NCBI GenBank assembly: GCA_964631935.1
Contig: CAZWAV010000004.1
Coordinates: 9,179 to 73,178, forward strand
DNA from: an uncultured Candidatus Saccharibacteria bacterium
GTDB taxonomy: Bacteria > Patescibacteriota > Minisyncoccia > Phycocordibacterales > UBA9973
Direction of reading: 5' to 3'
DNA: 64,000 nt
Shown here: one piece after another, positions 54,746 to 64,000 of the stretch
Position numbering within the stretch: position 1 is the first letter of the stretch
Layout: every line of letters starts with the position of its first letter
Program-made: the position numbers and the translations under genes
The notes under the pieces: generated by a model
Told to the model about the DNA's origin: nothing
The model's database searches: none
The model's input: only the letters and a program-made list of their open reading frames with translations

Positions 54746-54816
54746 GCGGGATTAGTTTAGTGGTAGAACTGCAGTTTTCCAAACTGCTGGCAAGAGTTCG
54801 ATTCTCTTATCCCGCA
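54746..54816 (+). tRNA. tRNA-Gly (anticodon TCC); CCA not encoded
   Basis: Acceptor GCGGGAT/ATCCCGC, anticodon stem GCAGT/ACTGC with loop TTTCCAA, T-loop TTCGATT. Confidence 0.85.
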
Positions 54817-54817
54817 C

Positions 54818-55540
54818 ATGCAATTTGTATTTATATTCTTTACATTCATATCGACATTCCTTGGAGGGCTTTTCGGTTTGAAATATAAAGATAAAATGCA
54901 TTTAATTCTCGGCCTTACAGCAGGAGTAATTTTAGGTGTCATAGCATTTGATATTTTTCCTGAGATTATTGAACTTACTGGTTCTCTTGCGGTAAATCCA
55001 ACTTATCCAATGATTGCACTAGTTCTCGGGTTTATGGTTTTTCATATAGCTGAAAAACTATTGCTCGTGCACCATACCCATGAAGATCATTATGGACCAC
55101 ATACACACCCAAGCATAGGGAAGTTTCAAGCCCTAGCCCTCGCAGGGCACTCATTTCTTGACGGTATGGCTATTGGTCTAGGATTTCAGATATCAAGTGC
55201 CACAGGCATATTGGTGGCTATTGCTGTCATAGCCCATGATTTCTGTGATGGGCTCAATACTGTATCACTCATGCTTCGTCATAAGAATACTGACAAAAAA
55301 GCTATGCAATTCCTTTTTGTAGATGCTCTCGCTCCAGTACTGGGAGGTCTTTCGACTTTATTTTTCACACTGTCAGAGAAATCACTTCTGCTTTATCTAG
55401 GATTCTTTGCTGGATTTTTGCTTTACATTGGTGTGTCAGATATCTTACCTGAAGCACATAGCAAAACTTCATCATTAAAAACTGTCGGTATGACAGTTCT
55501 CGGTATTGTTTTTATTTTTCTTGTTACAAGAGCTTTATAA
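54818..55540 (+). CDS. zupT: ZIP family metal (zinc) transporter
   Basis: Multi-TM with a His-rich loop HHTHEDHYGPHTHP and the ZIP signature HSFLDGMAIG ... HDFCDGL. The start is 2 nt after the tRNA-Gly end. Confidence 0.8.
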   Translation: MQFVFIFFTFISTFLGGLFGLKYKDKMHLILGLTAGVILGVIAFDIFPEIIELTGSLAVNPTYPMIALVLGFMVFHIAEKLLLVHHTHEDHYGPHTHPSIGKFQALALAGHSFLDGMAIGLGFQISSATGILVAIAVIAHDFCDGLNTVSLMLRHKNTDKKAMQFLFVDALAPVLGGLSTLFFTLSEKSLLLYLGFFAGFLLYIGVSDILPEAHSKTSSLKTVGMTVLGIVFIFLVTRAL

Positions 55541-55583
55541 AAAGTAAAAGCCTGCACGTTTTAGGTACAGGCTTTTGAATAAT

Positions 55584-55606
55584 TCCGCTTTTAAGCGGGG
55601 TTTAGA
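55584..55606. terminator. Weak bidirectional terminator hairpin between the ZIP transporter and desaturase genes
   Basis: CCGCTT-TTAA-GCGGGG hairpin with short flanking T/A tracts. Confidence 0.4.
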
Positions 55607-55612
55607 AATAGT

Positions 55613-56689
55613 TTAAGCTATTCTTAATCCAGGTTTTTTTCTCCCTATCTTTTTTAGGTATGAAAAATGATCAATGGACGCTGATATCATTGTTTTGTAA
55701 TGATTGTATCTAATACCAAAATCTTTACATGTTTCAATGAGAAGCTTTTGAATTTTTGGGTAATGTACGTGCGATACTTTTGGAAGTAAGTGATGTAGTG
55801 TTTGAAAATTCAAACCACCTAACTGCCAGGTTATTAAAGGATTATTAGTGGCGAAATCCGCAGTAGTCTCGACTTGTTCTATAGCCCATTCCTTCTCTAT
55901 ATTGCCAGTTAAAGGATTAGGTTCAAAAAACTGAGATTTATTTTGTACGTGCGCTAGTTGGAAAACTAAGCTTATAGTAAACCCGCATACAAACTCCATC
56001 AACAGAAATCCAATGATACCTTTTAAGAATCCAAATACAAATACAGGCAGTAATAGTGATTTAAATACGTAAATAATTTTACCGGCCCAAAAAGTAATAT
56101 GGTCTTCTATGGTCATTTTTTCTTTAATTTCGTAATCACCAATCATGTTGGTTTTATACTTTTTAAAGTCATTCCAGAGTGCCCAGTGCCCATGCTCTAA
56201 TCCATAAAGGAATGGGGCATATAAATGCTGGAATCTATGGATAGGTAGCCATCTTTGCCACGGAGCCATAAGCAACATCTTGTCCGCGTTTAGGTCGTCA
56301 TCTTTGTGGGTGTTTGTATAGCTATGGTGCATAATATTATGCTTATAATACCAGTAGTAAGAACTTACTCCTGAGACATCAAAAGAATATCCCATTATTT
56401 TATTAAGCCATTTTTTACTACTAAAACTACCATGTATTGCATCATGACCAATATTGAAACCAGCCAGACCCATGACCCATCCACGCAAAACTGCTATAAA
56501 CATATACATACCAGTTCCCAATACTGCAAAATAGGGGAGAAGGTATAAAAATGTCGCCACCAGGATGATAATTGCTGCTTTTATAAACAGTTTTAAATTA
56601 CCAGTCCTTTTTTTGTTTGAAAAATAATTGTTTACTTTTTCTTTGAAGGCATTCTGAAAAGGAATACCAGTTGAACTTGTAATTTTCAT
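55613..56689 (-). CDS. Membrane-bound fatty acid desaturase (di-iron, three histidine boxes; Des/DesA-like)
   Basis: His boxes HDAIH, HNIMHH and QTLHH, plus 4 or more TM helices. Confidence 0.8.
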   Translation of the reverse strand: MKITSSTGIPFQNAFKEKVNNYFSNKKRTGNLKLFIKAAIIILVATFLYLLPYFAVLGTGMYMFIAVLRGWVMGLAGFNIGHDAIHGSFSSKKWLNKIMGYSFDVSGVSSYYWYYKHNIMHHSYTNTHKDDDLNADKMLLMAPWQRWLPIHRFQHLYAPFLYGLEHGHWALWNDFKKYKTNMIGDYEIKEKMTIEDHITFWAGKIIYVFKSLLLPVFVFGFLKGIIGFLLMEFVCGFTISLVFQLAHVQNKSQFFEPNPLTGNIEKEWAIEQVETTADFATNNPLITWQLGGLNFQTLHHLLPKVSHVHYPKIQKLLIETCKDFGIRYNHYKTMISASIDHFSYLKKIGRKKPGLRIA

Positions 56690-56806
56690 ACACTGTTTGT
56701 TTTTTGTTGTTTAGAATTTCAATTACCAATTTTATATAATCATACCATCCACGCATTAAAAAACCACTCCTAGATAGAATAGAGTGGTCTTTTAATCTGT
56801 ATAAAA

Positions 56807-57079
56807 TTATTTTACAGCATCTTTGAGAGCTTTCGCTGCTCGGAACTTTGGAACTTTTGTAGCGGCAACTTTGACTTGTTCTCCAGTCTTTGGATTGCGA
56901 GCCATGCGAGCTGCACGTTGCTTAACAGAGAAGATTCCAATACCTGCGATTGATACCTCGTCACCTTTTTTCAAAGTTGAAACGATAGCATCAAACATAC
57001 CGTTCACAACTTCCTCAGCTTGTACTTTTGTACCACCGATTTTTCCGTGAACCCATTCTACTAATGCTTGTTTATTCAT
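56807..57079 (-). CDS. hup: DNA-binding protein HU
   Basis: MNKQALVEWVHGK...GIGIFSVKQRAARMARNPKTGEQVKV, the HU arm signature. The track ORF extends 10 codons upstream of the likely start. Confidence 0.85.
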   Translation of the reverse strand: MNKQALVEWVHGKIGGTKVQAEEVVNGMFDAIVSTLKKGDEVSIAGIGIFSVKQRAARMARNPKTGEQVKVAATKVPKFRAAKALKDAVK

Positions 57080-57282
57080 TATTTTTAGTTTCACACATCT
57101 TTCTTTCAAAAAATATGGGAACGCTATCTGAATAATATTCGACCGTTTGCAAACGATCCCTGATAAACAGGAGTAATCCTATTATATACCAAGGTTATTT
57201 TCCCGCAAGTTATTTATATACATTGACAAATACACACATTGTTACTTAATTTTTAAATCGATATGTTATAATTGATCTTAAT

Positions 57283-57666
57283 ATGAAAAAAATCACAAGG
57301 ACTTTTGTGCGAACACAAGAAACAATGGATAGATATATAAAAGAAGCAGGTGAAAGAGTGGAAAGTGACCCATTTATGAACTGGCACGAGAAGGGTTTAG
57401 TGAAAGAATTTACTCATTGGGTTATCGTCGAGAATGATTATCCTTATGATGCTATTGCGACGACTAGCCATATCCTTTGTACAAAGAGAAAAGTACTATT
57501 TGAATGGGAACTTCTGACTAACGAAGAGACAGACGAGCTCACTCATATAAAAAAAGACTATTTAAGCCAAAACTACGATCTTATATGGGAGAATTTACCA
57601 AAAGGGCAGACTGTACCTGTACATTTCCACTTAAATCTCCTTATTCTAAAACGTGAATCTGTCTAG
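57283..57666 (+). CDS. Hypothetical protein with a histidine-triad-like motif (HFHLNLL)
   Basis: 127 aa with VPVHFHLNLLI near the C-terminus, resembling HxHxHxx of the HIT/GalT superfamily. Weak. Confidence 0.4.
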   Translation: MKKITRTFVRTQETMDRYIKEAGERVESDPFMNWHEKGLVKEFTHWVIVENDYPYDAIATTSHILCTKRKVLFEWELLTNEETDELTHIKKDYLSQNYDLIWENLPKGQTVPVHFHLNLLILKRESV

Positions 57667-57671
57667 AAAAA

Positions 57672-57695
57672 ACCCTCCAATTGGAGGGTTTTTTC
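57672..57695. terminator. Bidirectional intrinsic terminator
   Basis: CCCTCCAATTGGAGGG perfect palindrome followed by TTTTTTC; A-tract upstream. Confidence 0.7.
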
Positions 57696-59222
57696 TTATC
57701 TTGCGTATTCTACGATTCGATTCTCTCGGATCATGGTGACTTTGATTTCGCCTGGGTACTTGAGTTCTTGTTCAATCTTCTTGGCTATATCACGAGCCAT
57801 ATTCTTGGCCTCGATATCATTTACTTTCTCTGGAGTGACGAATATTCTGATTTCGCGTCCTGCGGCGAGGGCGTATGACTTCTCGACACCATCAAATGTC
57901 TTGGTAATAGCTTCTAGGTCTTGGAGACGCTTAATGTAATTCTCCACAGAATCACGACGAGCTCCTGGTCTACCACCTGAGATCATGTCGGCTGTCTGTA
58001 CTATGACTGCTTCTATGGTTTCATGAGGGCAATCATCGTGATGACTTTTCATCGATGTGATTATTCTTGGATCAGCGCCAAATTTTTGAAGGATACGAAT
58101 ACCGATGTCGATATGTGTACCTTGTACTTCGTGATCGAGTGCTTTACCTATGTCGTGTACCAATGCGCCGGCTTTGGCAATTTGTATATCTGCACCAAGT
58201 TCTTCGGCAAGCATTCCTGCGATGTGGGCCATTTCTATGGAGTGTTGGAGAACATTTTGGCCGTATGATGTACGGAAGTATAGACGGCCGACAATAGCAA
58301 CTATACGTGGATCAAGATTAAATATTCCACATTCATAAACTGCTTGGTCTCCCTTATCTTTTATAATTTTATTTATATCTTCTTGAGCTTTAATCACTAC
58401 TTCTTCGATTTTTGCAGGTTGTATGCGGCCATCGAGAATTAAGTTCTCAAGAGCAAGCCTTGCGACTTGTCTTCGAACTGGATCAAATGAAGAAATAACT
58501 ATTGCCCCAGGAGTCTCGTCTATGATTAGCTCTACTCCTGATGCTCGTTCAAATGCCCTTATATTACGGCCTTCTTTACCAATAATCTTTCCTTTTATTT
58601 CATCATTTGGAATATTTACTGACGTAGTCATCATCTCGCTTGCTGTTGAAGAGGCGAGGCGATTGATACTTGCAGCTAGTATGTCTTTTGCTCTGCGATC
58701 AAGCTTCTCGGTATTTGCTGTTTCCATTTTCTGCATACGTACAAGCAAATCTTCTTCGTATTTTCCTTCTATACCCCTGAATAACTCTTCACGAGCGTCA
58801 CTTACAGATAAGTGAGAGATCTTTTCGAGTTCTTTCTCTTTTTCTGCTTGCATGCCATCGACGCGCTCTTTGATTTTCTTTACTTCTTCTACTTTGAGCT
58901 TCATGTTCTCAACTTCACGATCAATTTCTACTTGACGAGCATCAAGAAGCTCCTCTTTTTTAATTAGACGATGTTCTGTCTCTTTCCATTCTCCCTCTTT
59001 CTTTATTGCAACTTGTTGTGATTCCTCTACCTTCTCTTCTGCTTTCTTTTTTGCTTCATCGAGCACTCGTTGTGCTTCTTCTTTTGCACCGAGCATTATC
59101 TGCTTGATCTCAAGTTCCATAGAACCTTTTTTGCCAAGAGAAATAATCAGGCGCAAATAATATCCAACCCCCACGCCTAATAAAAGAGCGAGAGCGGAAA
59201 TGATTATTGCTGTTAAACTCAT
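57696..59222 (-). CDS. rny: Ribonuclease Y
   Basis: N-terminal TM, coiled coil, KH domain (GKIIGKEGRNIRAFE) and HD domain (HSIEMAHIAGMLA...LVHDIGK). Confidence 0.9.
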   Translation of the reverse strand: MSLTAIIISALALLLGVGVGYYLRLIISLGKKGSMELEIKQIMLGAKEEAQRVLDEAKKKAEEKVEESQQVAIKKEGEWKETEHRLIKKEELLDARQVEIDREVENMKLKVEEVKKIKERVDGMQAEKEKELEKISHLSVSDAREELFRGIEGKYEEDLLVRMQKMETANTEKLDRRAKDILAASINRLASSTASEMMTTSVNIPNDEIKGKIIGKEGRNIRAFERASGVELIIDETPGAIVISSFDPVRRQVARLALENLILDGRIQPAKIEEVVIKAQEDINKIIKDKGDQAVYECGIFNLDPRIVAIVGRLYFRTSYGQNVLQHSIEMAHIAGMLAEELGADIQIAKAGALVHDIGKALDHEVQGTHIDIGIRILQKFGADPRIITSMKSHHDDCPHETIEAVIVQTADMISGGRPGARRDSVENYIKRLQDLEAITKTFDGVEKSYALAAGREIRIFVTPEKVNDIEAKNMARDIAKKIEQELKYPGEIKVTMIRENRIVEYAR

Positions 59223-59452
59223 AAAGTGACAGTGTCACTTATAAAATACACGCTATTATAGGCGAGTTATATCTAGGATATTTGCGGAAACGTTTATCAA
59301 AAGAAAACTTTTTTTCATAAATTTATATTCGGGAATTTACCAGATAGAACCGTATTTTAAAAGTGGGCACCAAATAACTGTTAAAATTCGATACACTCAT
59401 AGTACCGCAGAAATGTATTTTTGTCGAGATTGGGCAGGGGATATACCCTGTG

Positions 59453-60049
59453 TTACTTTTTGCTGTCAGCTTTTGGTTTTGAGACTATGTCGTCGATAAG
59501 ACCGTACTTTTTGGCTTCCTCAGCGCTCATATAGTTATCGCGATCTGAGTCTTTTTCTACCTGTGAGAAAGATTTACCTGTGTTTTTAGCAAGAATCTTG
59601 TTTAGTGTATCTTTAGTTCGGAGGATATGCTTGGCATTGATCTCTATATCAGAAGCTTGACCTTCAGCTCCACCCATGACTTGGTGGATCATAACTTCAG
59701 AGTTTGGAAGTGCAAAACGCTTGCCTTTAGTACCAGCAGATAGAAGTAGTGCTCCCATTGAAGCAGCGATACCTACACATATAGTAGAGACGTCAGCTTT
59801 GACGAAGCCCATAGTGTCTAATATTGCCAAGCCTGCTGTAACTGAACCACCAGGGGAATTGATATATAGGTGTATATCTTTCTTTGAGTCTGTGTGGTCT
59901 AGGTATAGAAGCTGAGCAATGACTAGATTGGCTACATGGTCGTCTATCGGGCCACCAAGGAATATGATACGCTCGTTCAATAAACGAGAGTATATATCAT
60001 AAGCTCTTTCGCCGAATTGTGATTTTTCAATTACTGTAGGTATAAGCAT
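59453..60049 (-). CDS. clpP: ATP-dependent Clp protease proteolytic subunit
   Basis: Catalytic Ser ([10 protein letters not shown]) and His (MIHQ) regions; typical N-terminus. Confidence 0.95.
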   Translation of the reverse strand: MLIPTVIEKSQFGERAYDIYSRLLNERIIFLGGPIDDHVANLVIAQLLYLDHTDSKKDIHLYINSPGGSVTAGLAILDTMGFVKADVSTICVGIAASMGALLLSAGTKGKRFALPNSEVMIHQVMGGAEGQASDIEINAKHILRTKDTLNKILAKNTGKSFSQVEKDSDRDNYMSAEEAKKYGLIDDIVSKPKADSKK

Positions 60050-60111
60050 AGTTTTGTTTAAGTTATTGGTTAATACAGGATTTAGTATAGCAAAATAGGG
60101 TTTTTATTGTA

Positions 60112-60141
60112 CTTGACAAATAGGTATATTTTGTGCTATAA
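60112..60141 (+). promoter_or_regulatory. Sigma70-like promoter (TTGACA, 18-bp spacer, TGcTATAAT) upstream of the lipoprotein gene
   Basis: TTGACA at 60112-60117 and an extended -10 TGCTATAAT ending at 60141. This implies a 5' leader of about 115 nt. Confidence 0.45.
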
Positions 60142-60260
60142 TATCCCCAGAAAGTTCCTTGAGACCAATTTCATGACGATTTAAGATTTTTGAATTTTGC
60201 GGATTAATCGTATTAGTCCTTGGGAATCAAAAATTTTAAATCAAATCTAAAAAGATAATC

Positions 60261-60731
60261 ATGAAATCAATTAAATTATTATTGCCAATCTTCGCAACAA
60301 TTCTCTTGTCAGCAACTAGCTGTAAAAAGAATATCGGAGAAATACTTAGCTCCACATCTATAGGTTTCAACCAGGATGGATTATGGATAACTGTAAATAT
60401 TGGTAACGGAGGAGGTTATTATTATGACTACTCTGCATATCAAAATTATGGATATGGACCTTCTGCTCAAAGTTTTACTGCAGTTGTGTATGTTATTTCT
60501 TCACCAACCAATTCTACTAGCATACCAGTGTATGTGAAAGATAGGTATGGAAACTTTTCTTTTTTAGGAACTGCTGATTGCGTGAATGGAGTTTCCTGGC
60601 AAGTTGCAAACTATCAGTTGCAATTATTGCAAAATTGGTTTATACAACATCCAGGTGTTCCATGTGCTATTGTCGGAGAGTTTGATCCGAGATATACAAA
60701 CGCTCCCTGGTCAATACACCTAAGGTTTTAA
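60261..60731 (+). CDS. Hypothetical lipoprotein
   Basis: Lipobox LLSATSC after a signal peptide MKSIKLLLPIFATI. Confidence 0.7.
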   Translation: MKSIKLLLPIFATILLSATSCKKNIGEILSSTSIGFNQDGLWITVNIGNGGGYYYDYSAYQNYGYGPSAQSFTAVVYVISSPTNSTSIPVYVKDRYGNFSFLGTADCVNGVSWQVANYQLQLLQNWFIQHPGVPCAIVGEFDPRYTNAPWSIHLRF

Positions 60732-60787
60732 AAATATTGCTAGAAGCTTTTGCGAATGGTTAGTAAATAGTAAATCTAGCAATCAAA

Positions 60788-60822
60788 AAGAGCTCACGAT
60801 TAATCGTGAGCTCTTTCTTTTT
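60788..60822. terminator. Bidirectional intrinsic terminator
   Basis: AGAGCTCACGA-TTAA-TCGTGAGCTCT hairpin followed by TTCTTTTTG. Confidence 0.7.
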
Positions 60823-60832
60823 GACCAAAATT

Positions 60833-61885
60833 TTACTGACTCTCTAAGAATGCAAAAACTTTTTCGTTCTCTAGCATATTCTCTATGTATGCTCGTGCAC
60901 GAACTGGATCGGCATCTTTATACATTGTCATTATGTTATTTACCTCCTTTTCAATTTCTTCTTCGGTCGGTTTGATGTTTTCTTTTTCAGAAATTGAATG
61001 AATGACTACTTGGAGTTTCGCCCGTTTCTCAGCATCTGCACGCCATTCTTTCCTTAAGTCTTCCTCAGTCTTTTTTATCTGAGCTAAATAATCTTCAACC
61101 TTTAGTCCAGCATTTGTAATATCGCCCTCAAGTCGATACATGATTTTATCAATCTCACTTTCGATTAATATTTCTGGAATATCGCCAGTCGTTTCTTTTA
61201 GAAGATCTTCGACTATTAATAAACGAAGTTTATCTTTAGCAACTGTTTCCTTTTCAATCTTCATGTTTGCACGAATCTTTTCTTTGAATGCATCGGCATT
61301 TGCAAAGTCACCAAATGATTTTGCAAACTCGTCATCAAAAGCTGGGAGTTGTTCCTCGGTTAACTCTGGGTGAGCTTCATCTGTATCTTCGTGTTCATGC
61401 TTTGGCATAGCTTGATGAGCACGCATTTTACGAAGTTCAAGAATTGTCTTCTCGACATCAGCTTCATCGACTACTACTTCTGTGCTAGGATTTTTCTTTT
61501 TGATTTCACCCGCAAGCTTTTTGTAGTCTGGGAGTTTCATTTCAGGAAGAACTGCAGTTATGATCTTGAATTCCAAATCTGAACCTTTGGCAATTTTTGT
61601 AATAGCCACTTGTGGTCGGCCTATAGCATCGACTTTCTCATCTTGGATTATTTTTGGATAGACGTCAGAAATAGCTAGCTCTGCCATCTCTTCTAGTACC
61701 ATCATTTCGTTTACATTTTCCTTGACCATATTTGCAGGAACTTTGCCTTTACGGAATCCTGGGATTTCAAGTCTTTCAGCTATGTGAACAAGGGCTTTGC
61801 CTTCGAATTTCTCAAAATCACTCCAAGGCAATACGCCCAATATCTCAACTTCACTTTTATCAAGTTTTTTAATTGTTGTTTTCAT
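60833..61885 (-). CDS. tig: Trigger factor (short form)
   Basis: Ribosome-binding signature GFRKGKVP in the N-terminal domain; acidic/helical C-terminal domain; adjacent to clpP. Confidence 0.8.
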   Translation of the reverse strand: MKTTIKKLDKSEVEILGVLPWSDFEKFEGKALVHIAERLEIPGFRKGKVPANMVKENVNEMMVLEEMAELAISDVYPKIIQDEKVDAIGRPQVAITKIAKGSDLEFKIITAVLPEMKLPDYKKLAGEIKKKNPSTEVVVDEADVEKTILELRKMRAHQAMPKHEHEDTDEAHPELTEEQLPAFDDEFAKSFGDFANADAFKEKIRANMKIEKETVAKDKLRLLIVEDLLKETTGDIPEILIESEIDKIMYRLEGDITNAGLKVEDYLAQIKKTEEDLRKEWRADAEKRAKLQVVIHSISEKENIKPTEEEIEKEVNNIMTMYKDADPVRARAYIENMLENEKVFAFLESQ

Positions 61886-61898
61886 ATATTATATTTTC

Positions 61899-62486
61899 TT
61901 ATTCTTCCAATTTTGGAGCGTATTCTTTGTTGTATTTTTCTGAACATTCTTTAAGAACTTTCATTGCTTCTTCTGGTCCATAGAAAGTTTCCACTACACC
62001 TGTACCTGGCTTTTTAAGAGCCTTCACATTTTCCCAGAAATATTTTGTTTCAGTTTTGAAATAATCACCAAGATCATCTACATTTTTAATATGATCTGAA
62101 CGTCTATCATCATTTAGCACTGCAATTATTTTGTCATCTACTTCACCACCATCTATGAATTTCATAACACCAATGATTCGAGCTTCAACGAGTGATCCAG
62201 GAACTAATGGTTCAGTAATATTTACGATTTCAACATCTAAAGGATCACCATCATAATCCCATGTCATTGGTATCGCTCCATATGTGAAAGGATACGATAG
62301 AGATGAATAACCAACGCGATCAAGTTTTAATTGACCACTTTCAGTAATAAGTTCGTATTTATTTATACTACCTGCCGATACTTCAACTATCGCATTTACT
62401 ACACCCTTTTCTTCATTTGCGAATGGTGGAAGTACGTGCAATAAGTTCAACATGTATTTAGATGGTTTGTGATTTATATTTGCCAT
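61899..62486 (-). CDS. ppa: Inorganic pyrophosphatase (family I)
   Basis: DPLDVEIV and DDKIIAV metal-binding motifs; about 195 aa. Confidence 0.9.
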   Translation of the reverse strand: MANINHKPSKYMLNLLHVLPPFANEEKGVVNAIVEVSAGSINKYELITESGQLKLDRVGYSSLSYPFTYGAIPMTWDYDGDPLDVEIVNITEPLVPGSLVEARIIGVMKFIDGGEVDDKIIAVLNDDRRSDHIKNVDDLGDYFKTETKYFWENVKALKKPGTGVVETFYGPEEAMKVLKECSEKYNKEYAPKLEE

Positions 62487-62508
62487 AAAATAATTTATTT
62501 AATTTTAA

Positions 62509-63708
62509 TTATGCAGTAGTGCCGTCATCAACTAGGCCCTCGTCTAATTTGATTGGCTCACCACTTGCATCTTCGCTGATTATATCACTTTCACTTGAAA
62601 CTACTTCACCAGCTATACCTTTTATGTCGATTCTCCAGCCTGTGAGTTTTGCGGCGAGGCGAACATTTTGTCCACCCTTTCCGATGGCAAGAGAGAGTTG
62701 ATCAGCTGCGACTTCTACAACAGCCTTGTGTTCTTCTTCACTAACTTGGATATCTAATGCATGTGCAGGAGAGAGTGCGCTTGAAATAAATTCTGTCATA
62801 TCTGCTGACCATGGAATGATATCTATTTTCTCACCACCGAGCTCGCTCATAACTGTCGTGACACGAATACCTTTTTGTCCAACGCATGACCCAACTGGAT
62901 CAACATGTTCATCGTTTGAATAAACTGCAATCTTTGATCGTGATCCTGCTTCGCGAGCGATCGCTTTTATCTCTACTACGCCTGATGCAATTTCTGGAGC
63001 TTCCATAGCGAAAAGTCCTTCGATAAGTTGAGGATGAGTACGAGAGAGTTTAAGATTTACTCCACGTGGAGTTTCTTCGACTGAGTATAGGTATGCACGG
63101 ATTCTTTCGCCGCGTCTGTATGACTCACCGGGGATTTGTTCCTCAGGTAAAATAATTCCTGTTGCACGATTGAAATCGATGTAAACGATCCCACGTTCAA
63201 CTTTCTGGACGAAACCATTTACGATTTCACCTTCCTTGCTTCCGTACTCATCGATAATAGCACCACGTTCTGCTTCGCGGATTTTCTGTATGATAACTTG
63301 CTTTGCTGTTTGAGCTGCAATACGTCCGTAATCTTCTTGAGCTTCAAGAGGGAAGACTATCTCTTCTTCTAACTTTGCATCACTTTTTATTTTCTTTGCG
63401 TCTTCTAGAAGTATATGATGCTCTTCGTTGAAGCGTACCCTCTCATCGTCTTCAGCTATTTCTTCTTCCTCATCTTCTGTTGTCATTCGCACTAAAGATT
63501 CGTCAACGACGATCTTTATTTGGTAGAATTCCATTTTTCCACTCTCAATATCTATAGTCGCACGGATGATCTGGCCTTTTTTGCCGTAATCTTTTTTATA
63601 TGCAGCAGCTAGGGCTTGCTCTATAGCGTCGATAATTTTTTCTCGAGGAATTTTGCGTTCTTGTTCGAGCTGCTCGAGAGCAGATTTCATTGTTTTAAGG
63701 TCTAACAT
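62509..63708 (-). CDS. nusA: Transcription termination/antitermination factor NusA
   Basis: N-terminal domain, S1 domain (GEIVNGFVQKVERGIVYIDF) and two KH domains. Confidence 0.9.
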   Translation of the reverse strand: MLDLKTMKSALEQLEQERKIPREKIIDAIEQALAAAYKKDYGKKGQIIRATIDIESGKMEFYQIKIVVDESLVRMTTEDEEEEIAEDDERVRFNEEHHILLEDAKKIKSDAKLEEEIVFPLEAQEDYGRIAAQTAKQVIIQKIREAERGAIIDEYGSKEGEIVNGFVQKVERGIVYIDFNRATGIILPEEQIPGESYRRGERIRAYLYSVEETPRGVNLKLSRTHPQLIEGLFAMEAPEIASGVVEIKAIAREAGSRSKIAVYSNDEHVDPVGSCVGQKGIRVTTVMSELGGEKIDIIPWSADMTEFISSALSPAHALDIQVSEEEHKAVVEVAADQLSLAIGKGGQNVRLAAKLTGWRIDIKGIAGEVVSSESDIISEDASGEPIKLDEGLVDDGTTA

Positions 63709-63884
63709 ATGTAATTGTTATTTAATTTTGTAAAAATAAAAGCCCGGTTCGAGAACGGACTTTAGCTTCCACTATCTTACTATAATAAGGCGGAAGCGTC
63801 AATATTTTGTTTTTGACAGTTATTGTGTTTGAATATATAAAAATATCTTATAACCTGATCTTTAAACCTCCAAAATAAACTATC

Positions 63885-64000
63885 ATGAAAAAGTTAATCA
63901 TCACTGCTTTGCTATTTGCTATATGCACACAAGCTTCAAACAACTACTCAAAATCTCCTATGGGGCCTGAAATTTTGTTTTTCGGAGAAATGTCAGATAG
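63885..64000 (+). CDS. Hypothetical secreted protein, N-terminal fragment (runs off the window end)
   Basis: MKKLIITALLFAICTQA signal peptide. Only 38 codons visible. Confidence 0.4.
   Translation, partial: MKKLIITALLFAICTQASNNYSKSPMGPEILFFGEMSD

Noticed and set aside
49853-54816. Integrative mobile element (tyrosine recombinase near a tRNA cluster)
   Set aside because: The recombinase has the canonical XerC/D catalytic tail and sits with housekeeping xth and cca. There are no flanking direct repeats, phage or conjugation genes, or compositional shift. I interpret it as chromosomal Xer.
54757-54942. 61-aa minus-strand ORF
   Set aside because: It overlaps tRNA-Gly(TCC) and the start of the ZIP transporter gene. 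Artefact.
1-64000. CRISPR arrays
   Set aside because: I scanned for regularly spaced direct repeats of 25-40 bp. The only tandem repeats seen are protein-coding low-complexity linkers (for example 25860-26000). No cas genes are present.

Overview
This window reads as the chromosomal origin region of a small, visibly AT-rich genome. Short gene lengths, tight overlapping operons, weak or absent Shine-Dalgarno sequences and tRNA genes without encoded CCA suggest a reduced Patescibacteria/CPR-like genome, but that is inference. Housekeeping genes recognised from motifs are pilB, ruvB-ruvC, tyrS, a class A PBP, dnaN, dnaA with flanking DnaA boxes (candidate oriC), and rpmH-rnpA-yidD-yidC-jag. The most unusual feature is an uninterrupted minus-strand array of about 25 kb (14416-39578). 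It contains a Gram-positive-type type IV secretion-like module with no coupling protein, relaxase or integrase in view. The module has a VirB4-like ATPase split over two adjacent reading frames, a VirB3-like membrane protein, a polytopic VirB6/ConG-like protein with an FN3-like ectodomain and a Gly/Lys-rich tail, and a VirB1/CwlT-like lytic transglycosylase fused to a pilin-like TM hairpin, plus several secreted or surface proteins. The same array carries rsmA, pcrA and three large K/E-rich hypothetical proteins; one of these has DHH phosphoesterase motifs and another a glycine-zipper membrane segment. The remainder is housekeeping: LysM-M23 peptidase, comM, dksA/traR, pnp, NYN protein, rpsO, upp, hpt, xerC/D, xth, CCA-adding enzyme, four tRNAs with a nested yraN, ZIP transporter, membrane fatty-acid desaturase, hup, rny, clpP, tig, ppa and nusA. 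Other notable items are a small two-TM protein with an FtsK-gamma DNA-binding domain right after pilB, a roughly 950-bp noncoding stretch with a GNRA-hairpin terminator (candidate sRNA), and a 54-aa highly acidic peptide. All calls are from reading translated ORFs and motifs by eye; no database searches were run.
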